64,000 bases of DNA. Source: Cryomorphaceae bacterium (GTDB taxonomy: Bacteria > Bacteroidota > Bacteroidia > Flavobacteriales > Schleiferiaceae). Under the pieces are notes generated by a model, which was not told where the DNA came from, searched no databases, and saw only the letters and a list, made by a program, of their open reading frames with translations. The stretch lies in contig JAFIEY010000155.1 in NCBI GenBank assembly GCA_020832345.1, forward strand, positions 4,581 through 68,580. Direction: 5' to 3'. How positions within the stretch are numbered: the first letter of the stretch is position 1; each line of letters begins with the position of its first letter. A program made the position numbers and the translations under genes. Below are positions 12,101 to 19,904 of this stretch, piece by piece.

Positions 12101-12836
12101 AATTATATGGGTCAAAAAACTGGGAACTCAAAACCTCCGCTTGACCAAAATATTGCGAAGAAGGTCCTTTAGTAGTGGTAGCAATTATACCCCCGGTTGC
12201 ATCACCATATTGTGCAGGCATTCCACCGGTATAAACTTCCTGTTGCTGGATGGCACCTTGAGGTAGTTGCAAAGAACCGCGAACTTTTACCCCATCAATA
12301 AAATTTACTGTAGTGTTGGCACGGGAACCGCGAATTACCGGAGCCGATCCTTCATCGGCCACATATACCCCTGCTGTTTGTGCTGCAATATCATTAATCC
12401 CACGAACAGCCATTTCATTAATTTCTTCCGCTGTTACCGTGGTTTTAACATCGGTATTAATAAGGGGTTTTTTGTATTCAATTATCTCAATAACATCCAG
12501 CAATTCTGGATTAACTTCCAATTGAAAATTTTGAATGGTGGGATTATTGGGTTTGATGAATACACCTTCCAGTCTAATGGTTTTGTAACCTGTAAAGGAT
12601 ACCTCTACATTGTATGTACCAGGATCAAGCGGGTTGATGTTATAATTACCATCAACATCACCATCTTGATTGCGGACAACCCTATCACTCCCATCTTTGA
12701 CCAATATAGTCGGAAAAGGAATCGGTTGACCCGTACCGGCATCTTTAACTGTACCTCGGAGGGAACCCGGACGTTGTTGCGCATATGCCAACACCGTGCT
12801 GCAAATAAATAGCAGACTCAGTAATTTTTTAACCAT
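9120..12836 (-). CDS. TonB-dependent receptor with CarboxypepD_reg-like N-domain (unusually long, 1238 aa)
   Basis: Signal peptide, then GSLRGTVKDAGTGQPIPFPTILV...GTYNVEVSFTGY (carboxypeptidase-regulatory-like domain). Plug motifs are IRGSRANTTVNFIDGVKV and GGMPAQYGDATGGII. Terminal beta-signal ...RLGIMWTF. Confidence 0.85.
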   Translation of the reverse strand: MVKKLLSLLFICSTVLAYAQQRPGSLRGTVKDAGTGQPIPFPTILVKDGSDRVVRNQDGDVDGNYNINPLDPGTYNVEVSFTGYKTIRLEGVFIKPNNPTIQNFQLEVNPELLDVIEIIEYKKPLINTDVKTTVTAEEINEMAVRGINDIAAQTAGVYVADEGSAPVIRGSRANTTVNFIDGVKVRGSLQLPQGAIQQQEVYTGGMPAQYGDATGGIIATTTKGPSSQYFGQAEVLSSQFFDPYNYNLFAFTAGGPLIKRKDDTKKPIMGFLTAIEFQHEHDPRPANTDMYQVRPELLDQIRQVPVRPAGTGQGVLANAEFVTMDDLEVIPARLNAGQYDIRVTNNFNFAINEKTNFTLGGRFVHSRGTNTNFGQSLFNYDNYLEFINTDLAVFGRITHSFTGNQTGGRGEERQEESKTNTIQNAFLVLQVDYTRNNRIVQDPRHQDNFFAYGHVGTFDRYSSFFYQQGTDATTGLQGWRAIAPQDTMIAFTPSEHNPVLAAYTSYLYQAVADNPLLGNTRTFDAIRAFRGLLNGDNPESVYNGIWGNVGAVQSQFVDGVQSQYRQIRNSQFRISGSVTFDIKGHSLIVGGEYEQRFDRGFIVNGQGLWNQMRLLQNDHINEFDFDNPMPIYDENGVFQDTILYPRLFSETDWQQNAFTRRFRTAQGLDPRGLDFINIDGYDPSEFSLGMFSADQMINLNGSRLASFYGFDHTGQLLRGRPTIEDFFTQRNDDGTLARPVGAFEPIYMALFVQDQFTFNNLRFNVGLRVDRYDANQPVLKDPFLLYPASTVDQLSQFENISDENVPSSIGRDYTVYVSDYNFLSSNQEPNIVGYRSGRNWFGSDGSPLPNPKDIADAGGGSVRPLFFQDPNDLQLDAESFTDYTPQIVVMPRINFNFPVTDEALFFAHYDVLAQRPDVALSRFDPIVMLEYEVLKGTNNPISNPNLLPQRTTDYELGFTQVLTKRSSMKISGFYREMRDMMQTIAMVGAFPGNYITYGNMDFSTVKGFSLEYDLRRYKNFTVFANYTLQFADGTGSGPNTAANLARTEQPNIRFILPLSFDSRHQATVRFDYRYSSGTSYDGPVWWDKQVFANAGVNFVLNANSGTPYTRREWAYPLTDNPSGAVPVQGQINGSRLPWQYRADMRINKSFVYGDLKKGKNIDVYIQILNVFNNRNVLNVYNFTGAADDDGYITSNRARDVIAQSVSAQAFADLYTARMTNPFNFSLPRRVRLGIMWTF

Positions 12837-13065
12837 GTATCGTACGTATTAATCTCAACTTAATAGCAAGTGTAAAGTAACGAGATTTTTTTGAGCCTGC
12901 CAAAAGCATTGTTAAAATATTTTTGTTATCGAACTTAATAATTTGATAATGAACTAATTTTTTTGTAATTTTACCCCCCGAAACAAAAGAATTTGGGGGG
13001 ATATACAATATTATTTTCATCCCAAAGTTCTCTTTTAACACTTATAAATCGTCAAATTACTGCTC

Positions 13066-13500
13066 ATGTACGCTGCTAAACGCAACTTAATATTAGTTAC
13101 ACTTTTTACCTTTTTCACCGCTTGTACTCGTGAACAACATCCGGTGCCAAATGTATTTGTGGACATGTATGTGAACTTGAATATTCCAAGCAGTTTACAA
13201 CTTCAATCTCCTGGGGGGGCAATATACCACGAAGGCGGGTATAAGGGACTTATTATCTATAGAAGAACCCTGACGAATACCACGGAAGACTTTGTCGCTT
13301 ACGACCGTGCCTGTCCAAACGACTGGGAAAAAGAATGTGGGCGCGTATTCATTACCAAAGATATGATGTACGGATACTGCGGCTGTGACTCTGCGCAATT
13401 CCTGCTATACGACGGAAGTCCCCTCACGGGAAATGAAAGTGTTCCATTAAAATTCTATCGAACACGATTAACAGGACATACCCTACATGTGTTCAATTGA
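13066..13500 (+). CDS. Small lipoprotein with a degenerate Rieske-like Cys pattern
   Basis: 144 aa with a lipobox-like LFTFFTAC. ACPNDW...CGCDSAQFLLYDGSPLTG parallels the Rieske pattern CPH...CxCHGSxF..DG, but the His ligands are replaced. Confidence 0.5.
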   Translation: MYAAKRNLILVTLFTFFTACTREQHPVPNVFVDMYVNLNIPSSLQLQSPGGAIYHEGGYKGLIIYRRTLTNTTEDFVAYDRACPNDWEKECGRVFITKDMMYGYCGCDSAQFLLYDGSPLTGNESVPLKFYRTRLTGHTLHVFN

Positions 13501-13579
13501 AAAACGGTAAATATGGACTACATTTTTTTTAAATAATTCTCAAAAAAAACATTATCCGCGTTTTAATAAAAAAGGATTG

Positions 13580-14728
13580 CTACTCGTCGTAAGAAATTTT
13601 TACGGTCGGACTGCGCGGGTGGGTTTGGCAGGTCAGGATATAACCATCCTCTACCTCTTCGGGTTCCAACGCATAATTCATGTCCATTTCCACCTCACCT
13701 TCAATCACCCTGGCCCGACAGGTACAGCAAACAGCTCCTTTACAACTAAAGGGCACATCAGCTCCGGCATCCATGGCGGCATCAACAACTGATTTCCCAT
13801 CATAGGCCAAATCAAAATGGGTTTCCTCCCCATCCAATAATACGGTAATCTTTGAAACATTTCCGGAAGTTTCTCCCGATGATTTCGCTTTCTGCTTTTG
13901 ACCAACTACTTCCGTAGAGGTCGTAAACAACTCGAAGTGGATTTTCTCTTTCGATACGCCAAGACTTTTTAATGATTCGTCAATATTGCGAATCATGTCT
14001 TCAGGCCCACAAATCAAAAATTCATCAACATCCGCAGGATTAAAAAAGCTTCGCGAAAATGCTTCAACCTTAACACCATCGATATGGCCTCGGGTAAAAT
14101 CGGAACCCTGATCCTCGCGACTGAGAATATGGTGCACTTCCAAACGATTCATATAGACGTTTTTTAATTCGTCAATTTCATCGCGAAAAATAATGGAATT
14201 GCTAGTGCGGTTTCCGAAAAACAGAGAAAATGTGCTATTGGGCTCATTTCGCAACACGGTTTTCATAATACTCATGATGGGGGTAATCCCCGATCCGGCC
14301 GCGAAGGCCACGTATTGTTTTTTGTTTTGTTCCGAAATGGGCGTGTGGAAATTTCCTTCCGGCGTCATCACTTTAAGCACATCACCAACTTTTAGTTCTT
14401 CATTGGCGAAAGTGGAAAATACCCCACCGTCTAATTTTTTAATGGCGACCCGCAAATCTTCCTCGAAAGGGCAACTGCAAATGGAGTAAGAGCGGCGAAC
14501 ATCTTCACCATTTATATTTGTCCGCAAGGTGAGATATTGTCCTGGAAAAAACCGATAATCTTGATGAAGGTTGTCGGGCAAATCAAAAGCAACCGAAACA
14601 CATTCGTCTGTTTGTCGGCGAATGTCTTTAACTTTGAGTTCATGAAAAACCGCGCGGCTCTTTTCGTTGGTGGTTTTCATTAAATCATTGGTGCCCGCAG
14701 GTTTCTTTTTTGAAGAGAAAAATCGCAT
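13580..14728 (-). CDS. Ferredoxin-NAD(P) reductase-type oxidoreductase with C-terminal plant-type 2Fe-2S domain (PaaE/PaaK-like architecture)
   Basis: FAD motif RRSYSICS and NAD motif FAAGSGITP. The C-terminal FSCKGAVCCTCRARV...ILTCQTHP gives the 2Fe-2S Cys pattern. The start could instead be the internal Met (MKTTNEK). Confidence 0.8.
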   Translation of the reverse strand: MRFFSSKKKPAGTNDLMKTTNEKSRAVFHELKVKDIRRQTDECVSVAFDLPDNLHQDYRFFPGQYLTLRTNINGEDVRRSYSICSCPFEEDLRVAIKKLDGGVFSTFANEELKVGDVLKVMTPEGNFHTPISEQNKKQYVAFAAGSGITPIMSIMKTVLRNEPNSTFSLFFGNRTSNSIIFRDEIDELKNVYMNRLEVHHILSREDQGSDFTRGHIDGVKVEAFSRSFFNPADVDEFLICGPEDMIRNIDESLKSLGVSKEKIHFELFTTSTEVVGQKQKAKSSGETSGNVSKITVLLDGEETHFDLAYDGKSVVDAAMDAGADVPFSCKGAVCCTCRARVIEGEVEMDMNYALEPEEVEDGYILTCQTHPRSPTVKISYDE

Positions 14729-14805
14729 ATTAGGAAAAGTGTTTTTTAATCAATTATAATGGTGCGCCAAAAATAGTGCGCAATTTTCGTTTTTACACCA
14801 TGGAT

Positions 14806-16506
14806 TTAAATCAGCATACCAACCACAACGGCGGTAAACAGCGAAGCCATGGTTCCCGCAATGAGTGCGCGAACACCCAAACGGCTTAAGTCACTGCGAC
14901 GTGAGGGAGCCAATGCCCCTATGCCTCCAATCTGAATTCCTATACTCGCAAAGTTACTGAAACCACAGAGGATATAGGTCGCGATTATTATACTTTTGGG
15001 ATTATGAAACACACCAGCATCCATCATATTTCCCAGTGAAACATAGGCCACAAATTCATTGAGAATGGTTTTTTCTCCCAACAACTGACCTACCAATATC
15101 ATGTCCTCCGGATTTACGCCCATTAAAAAAGTCAGGGGCGCCAAAGCGTATCCCAAAATAAATTGCATCGTAAGCCCATCGTATTGTCCGTCTGTAAATG
15201 AGCTGATTATGGGGTTCAACCCCGTTAAGGCGCCCAAACCATCACGGAAAATATAATTGAACATATAAATAAGGGCAATAAAAACCAACAACATGGCTCC
15301 TACGTTTATGGCCAACTTCAATCCATCAGTGGTCCCGGTAGATATGGCCTCAAGCGCATTACTTCCCATTTTGTCACCGGCAATTTTCATATCCTCACGA
15401 ACTGGTTCGGTTTCCGGATACAATAATTTGGCGGAGATAATGGCTGCCGGAGCACTCATCACTGAGGCGGCAATCAGGTGTTTGGCAAAAAATATTTGGC
15501 CTGCCACATCAGTGCCGCCCAAAAATCCAATATATGCAGCAAGAACACCACCTGCGATTGTCGCCATGCCTCCGGTCATCACACAGAGAAGTTCCGAATT
15601 GGTCATTTTTTCTAAATAGGGTTTGACCAAAAGTGGTGATTCCGTTTGACCCAAAAAAATATTTCCCGCTGCGGATAAGCTTTCAGCTCCCGATAATTTA
15701 AGTGTACGTCGCATTACCCAAGCAAAGGCAAAAACAACTTTTTGCAAAACACCATAATAAAACAATAAACTGGTAAGCGCAGAAAAAAAGACAACCGTGG
15801 GCAACACCTGAAAAGCAAAAATAAATCCCAATGATTCTGTGTCTGTGATGAGATTGCCAAACAGAAATTCCGTACCATACCGGGTAAATGATAAGATTAA
15901 AACAAATTTTCCACTGATCCAATCAAAGGCATTGCGGACAAAGTCTATTTTGAGGATGGCGACGGCAAAAATAATTTGAATACCCAGGCCTTTTAAAATC
16001 AAAGACCAGCGTATCCGTCGTCGATTTTTTGAAAGTAAAAATCCCATAAACAATAAAACGCTTAGTCCCAGAATTCCCTTGATTAAACTCATGGGCTCCC
16101 AAGGTGGCAATTGAAGGTTGTTGATGCCTACTTTTTTTGGTGGTCGTGCGAAGCCATACTCCACGCCCGACTCAAATAGAAACAAAGAATCGCCCAGTTC
16201 GGAAAACCTAATCAGGTAATATCGGACGGTATCCATTGGCAGATGATAATTCAATGCCAGCGTATCGTTGGCCAAAGACCATTCTCCCTTTGCTACGAGA
16301 TTGTTCTTAGCGGCCAGAAAATAGTTAAATGATCCGTTTTCGGCCAGAAAAAAGGTGTCGGATTTCGCAATTTCGAAAATATCGTTGCCCGCAATCTTGC
16401 GAATGTGGGCGAAATTCCAATTTCCCTCAATAAAATGACCTGATTGTTGCGCAGCTCCTATGGACACAAAACCAACTAACAAAAGAAGCGAGATATAGAG
16501 GCGCAT
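14806..16506 (-). CDS. NupC/CNT-family concentrative nucleoside transporter with an extra ~140-aa N-terminal extracytoplasmic domain
   Basis: 566 aa. From about residue 150 onward it is a multi-TM CNT-like sequence (GLGIQIIFAVAILK...LGEKTILNEFVAY...FSNFASIGIQIGG). The N-terminus has a signal peptide plus a soluble-looking domain. Confidence 0.8.
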   Translation of the reverse strand: MRLYISLLLLVGFVSIGAAQQSGHFIEGNWNFAHIRKIAGNDIFEIAKSDTFFLAENGSFNYFLAAKNNLVAKGEWSLANDTLALNYHLPMDTVRYYLIRFSELGDSLFLFESGVEYGFARPPKKVGINNLQLPPWEPMSLIKGILGLSVLLFMGFLLSKNRRRIRWSLILKGLGIQIIFAVAILKIDFVRNAFDWISGKFVLILSFTRYGTEFLFGNLITDTESLGFIFAFQVLPTVVFFSALTSLLFYYGVLQKVVFAFAWVMRRTLKLSGAESLSAAGNIFLGQTESPLLVKPYLEKMTNSELLCVMTGGMATIAGGVLAAYIGFLGGTDVAGQIFFAKHLIAASVMSAPAAIISAKLLYPETEPVREDMKIAGDKMGSNALEAISTGTTDGLKLAINVGAMLLVFIALIYMFNYIFRDGLGALTGLNPIISSFTDGQYDGLTMQFILGYALAPLTFLMGVNPEDMILVGQLLGEKTILNEFVAYVSLGNMMDAGVFHNPKSIIIATYILCGFSNFASIGIQIGGIGALAPSRRSDLSRLGVRALIAGTMASLFTAVVVGMLI

Positions 16507-16517
16507 AATCAGAAGAC

Positions 16518-17117
16518 CTAAGCTGATAATTTATCAATCTCGTCACGAAGGCGGGCAGCGAGTTCGTAGTCTTCTTTGCGCACGGCTTCGTCCATGCGTT
16601 TTTGTAATTCTTTGATTTTACCTTGAATACTCTTGTCACCGGAGGGGGCGCTTTCGGCTGTGGTTTTTTCGGCAACCTCTCTTTTCTTTTCGGGCTTTTT
16701 GTCGTCTAAAATAACCCCGGCTTTTTCCAATACATTTTCGTAGGTATAGATGGGGGCTCCAAATCGAATGGCCAGCGCCACCGCATCGGAAGTACGTGCG
16801 TCCATAACCTCATCTTTGCCGTCCTTCTCAAAAATCATCAAGGAAAAAAAGACACCCTCCAGCAGTTTGTGAATAACTACTTCTTTGAGGTGGATGGAAA
16901 ATTTTTCAGCAAAGTTTTTAAACAAATCATGCGTGAGGGGACGGGGTGGCTCCACTTCCTTTTCCAGCGCAATGGCAATGGACTGCGCCTCAAAACCACC
17001 GATGATAACAGGCAGTTTACGCGGGCCGTTTTCCTCACCCAAAACCAGCGCATAAGCACCAGTTTGGGTTTGGCTATACGACAATCCTTTTATTAACAGT
17101 CTGATTTTTTCACTCAT
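16518..17117 (-). CDS. Bifunctional nuclease family protein (DUF151-like) with C-terminal UVR motif
   Basis: 199 aa with GAYALVLGEENGPRKLPVIIGGFEAQSIAIALE. The C-terminal EDYELAARLRDEIDKL is UvrB/C-like. Confidence 0.75.
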   Translation of the reverse strand: MSEKIRLLIKGLSYSQTQTGAYALVLGEENGPRKLPVIIGGFEAQSIAIALEKEVEPPRPLTHDLFKNFAEKFSIHLKEVVIHKLLEGVFFSLMIFEKDGKDEVMDARTSDAVALAIRFGAPIYTYENVLEKAGVILDDKKPEKKREVAEKTTAESAPSGDKSIQGKIKELQKRMDEAVRKEDYELAARLRDEIDKLSA

Positions 17118-17138
17118 GGGGCAACCCCTAAAGGTGGA

Positions 17139-18101
17139 TTAATTCTCAGCCTTAAATTTTTTGAAGGCTTCGGTAAGCTTGGGTACAACTTCAAAAGCAT
17201 CGCCGACAATTCCGTAGTCTGCCGCTTTAAAGAAGGGCGCTTCCGGATCAGTGTTGATGACCACAATTTTTTTACTGGCACTTACGCCTGCCAGGTGCTG
17301 TATGGCGCCGGAAATTCCGATGGCGATATACAGATTCGGGTTGATGGCAATTCCGGTTTGTCCTACGTGCTCACTGTGTGGGCGCCACCCCATATCACTG
17401 ACGGGTTTGCTACACGCGGTTGAAGCGCCAATGCTTTCGGCCAAATCTTCAATAATGTTCCAATTGGAAGCATCTTTTAAACCTCTTCCGGCAGAAACGA
17501 CAAGCTCGGCCTCGGGAAGCGGAATTTTTCCGCGAACGCGATCCACTTCATGCACCTTAACTTCCGGTGCATTTTCCATTACCGGAGAAAAACTCGTGAC
17601 CTCGGCTGTGCCGTCAACGGGCGCAGGCACACCAATGCCGTTGGGAATTAGAGACAGAATAAAGCGATCCGATTTAACTGCGTAATCCACAAAACCCTTA
17701 CTGGAAAAGGCAGATCGACGAACGGTAAGAGGGTTTGTGCTGGAGGGTTTTTCGGAAATATTGGTCACCAATGAAGCTTCCAAGGCAATTGAAACTGCGG
17801 GTGCAATCATTTTGCCTCCAAAGGTTCCACTAATGATCACCCCAGTACTTTCGGTTTCTTTGGCTACAGCGGCAATGGTATTAGCCCAAACATAGTTGTT
17901 AAAATCTCCTGCATCGCCAACGCGATAAACCTTACTAATGCCATAGGCGCCTAATGCAGCCGGGTCGTCGGTGGCATTAATTACAACAGCAATGGCTTCG
18001 GTATTCAATTCTTTGGCAACATGCGCCGCGTAGGCTGCCGACTCGAAGGATGCCTTTTTAAACTTCCCTTCCCAAGTTTCAATAAAAGCGAGAATGCTCA
18101 T
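17139..18101 (-). CDS. etfA: Electron transfer flavoprotein subunit alpha
   Basis: 320 aa. The FAD-binding C-terminal region is VVSAGRGL...YIAIGISGAIQHLAGV...IVVINTDPEAPFF. Confidence 0.9.
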   Translation of the reverse strand: MSILAFIETWEGKFKKASFESAAYAAHVAKELNTEAIAVVINATDDPAALGAYGISKVYRVGDAGDFNNYVWANTIAAVAKETESTGVIISGTFGGKMIAPAVSIALEASLVTNISEKPSSTNPLTVRRSAFSSKGFVDYAVKSDRFILSLIPNGIGVPAPVDGTAEVTSFSPVMENAPEVKVHEVDRVRGKIPLPEAELVVSAGRGLKDASNWNIIEDLAESIGASTACSKPVSDMGWRPHSEHVGQTGIAINPNLYIAIGISGAIQHLAGVSASKKIVVINTDPEAPFFKAADYGIVGDAFEVVPKLTEAFKKFKAEN

Positions 18102-18154
18102 GGTAAAATTTTATTTTCAGTTTGTGAATACGACTTTCCGAAAAACAATTCGGA

Positions 18155-18901
18155 TTAAATGACTTTAGCTTCGTTGTGGAGTAAATCGACCAGTGTTTCT
18201 ACTTCTCCGGGATCGATCATTTTCACAGGAGCTTTTGGTGCTGGTTTCTCAAAGTGAACAGCCTCAGTACGCATTTGTGCATCAACGGGTTCTACAACCT
18301 TTAGGGGTTTGTTACGCGCCTGCATGATGCCACGCATGTTGGGAATGCGCAAGTCTTTTTCCTCTACCAATCCTTTTTGGCCGGCGATAACGGCAGGTAC
18401 CGAAATTTCACTTTTCTCTTTACCGCCATCAATTTCGCGAATCACTTTGGCTTTTTCACCTTCCACTTCCAATCCTACACAGGCGTTTACAAAAGGCCAT
18501 CCCAGCATGGCGGCCAACATTCCCGGCACTTGTGAACCATTGTAGTCGATTGATTCCCTTCCGGCAATCACCAAGTCATAACCATTTTCTTTAACAATGT
18601 TGGCGATTTGCTTAGCGACAAAAAAAGCATCTTTTGGTTCGGCATTCACGCGAATGGCATCGTTGGCGCCAATGGCCAATGCTTTGCGAAGTGTTGGTTC
18701 TGTTTCTGCGGTTCCTACATTAATAACGGTAACCGTAGCGCCCTGTTTTTCCTGCATCCAAACAGCCCGGGTAAGCCCAAACTCATCATAGGGATTGATG
18801 ACAAAAGAAACCCCATTTTTATCGAATGCTTTGTTGTCGGCGGTAAAATTGATCTTCGCCGTAGTATCCGGCACGTGACTAATACAAACGAGTACCTTCA
18901 T
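18155..18901 (-). CDS. etfB: Electron transfer flavoprotein subunit beta
   Basis: MKVLVCISHVPDTTAKI...INPYDEFGL is typical of EtfB. I prefer ATG 18901 (248 aa) to the track start at 18967. Confidence 0.9.
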   Translation of the reverse strand: MKVLVCISHVPDTTAKINFTADNKAFDKNGVSFVINPYDEFGLTRAVWMQEKQGATVTVINVGTAETEPTLRKALAIGANDAIRVNAEPKDAFFVAKQIANIVKENGYDLVIAGRESIDYNGSQVPGMLAAMLGWPFVNACVGLEVEGEKAKVIREIDGGKEKSEISVPAVIAGQKGLVEEKDLRIPNMRGIMQARNKPLKVVEPVDAQMRTEAVHFEKPAPKAPVKMIDPGEVETLVDLLHNEAKVI

Positions 18902-19122
18902 ATATAAAAATTTAGTTTGTTCAAAATACTGACTGGCAAAATTACGCGGCAAAATATTGGTATGCAAAACAGATTTTCAATTACGATGAATCGTAATTTT
19001 ATATTCGCAATTCAACAAATTTGTGTCATTCCTCACCTTATAAGCTGATGGGTATCATTTTTTTTTCTACAAACACCCAATACTTTTGTCACCTAAATTA
19101 CCCCAACAAAAACCATTGCTCC

Positions 19123-19800
19123 ATGTTCGTTAAACCGGACCACATTGAAAAACTTGCCCGGCATTTCCCGGCCACTACCCAGGAATGGCGCAACAGCATC
19201 CTGGAAAACGGGCGTGTTTTTACCTCCGAATTGGGTGCAGATATTATTCGCGAGGGAGATTCCGCTAAATGTGTTTTCATTTTATCCGGGCTGGGTTTGT
19301 GCATTTCAAATGAAAAAGCCACATTAGTAACACCTGGAAAGTGTATTGGTTTACAAGAAACTTTTTCATCGGTGAAAACGCCCAGCACCATTTCCAATGA
19401 CCAGAACGAACGAAAAACTCAGGGGAATTTTTTGCCCTTTAATTGTAAAATTCAAACCATTAGCAATAAATTGGTTTACCTCGTCATTGAGGGAGATGCT
19501 GTTTTGAAAAGCGTGAAAAAAAATCCGGCACTTCAAGAAACCTGGTTTTATTTGCTCAACCAATGGTTTGAGGATGAAATGATCAGCGGACTTACCTTGT
19601 TTCAAAAAAGAACCAAAGACCGGATAAAAGAAGCGCTCAATTGCATACGAATTCACGCCGATGGCCACGTCAATTTTCCCATTAAATACCTTCAAGCCCT
19701 CACGGGTATAAGCAGGAGCAGTATGTATCGATGTCTGCGGGAAATGCAAACTACGGAGAATCGGGGTTTGTTATTTGAGAATGGAGTCGTTTACTTATGA
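19123..19800 (+). CDS. Crp/Fnr-like transcriptional regulator (cNMP-binding-like domain plus C-terminal HTH)
   Basis: ATG 19123 (MFVKPDHIEKL). The effector-domain-like part is GADIIREGDSAKCVFILSG and the HTH-like part is LTGISRSSMYRCLREM. The TGA stop (19798-19800) is the first 3 nt of a family-1 element. Confidence 0.6.
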   Translation: MFVKPDHIEKLARHFPATTQEWRNSILENGRVFTSELGADIIREGDSAKCVFILSGLGLCISNEKATLVTPGKCIGLQETFSSVKTPSTISNDQNERKTQGNFLPFNCKIQTISNKLVYLVIEGDAVLKSVKKNPALQETWFYLLNQWFEDEMISGLTLFQKRTKDRIKEALNCIRIHADGHVNFPIKYLQALTGISRSSMYRCLREMQTTENRGLLFENGVVYL

Positions 19801-19850
19801 GTCTGCTCTAAAAAGTCCCTTTCTGCCAAAATCTTCCTTTAGTGTTTTCA
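19798..19850 (+). mobile_element. Family-1 element, degenerate short or truncated copy
   Basis: TGAGTCTGCTCTAAAAAGTCCCTTTCTGCCAAAATCTTCCTTT is followed by a decayed right end, AGTGTTTTCA. No flanking duplication is visible. Confidence 0.7.
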
Positions 19851-19904
19851 AGAAAAAGTCAAAGACCTTTAATCCAAAATTTTCTTTCAGGACAGCACGA
19901 GCTT

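Noticed and set aside
12267-12812. 181-aa plus-strand ORF
   Set aside because: It lies entirely antisense to the TonB-dependent receptor gene, and its Asn/Ile/Phe-rich composition is typical of the reverse frame.
12974-13000. CCCCCC-N15-GGGGGG hairpin in the divergent region between the TonB-dependent receptor and the lipoprotein gene
   Set aside because: It is an isolated G/C hairpin with no flanking T-tract and no repeat copies. There is not enough evidence to assign a function.
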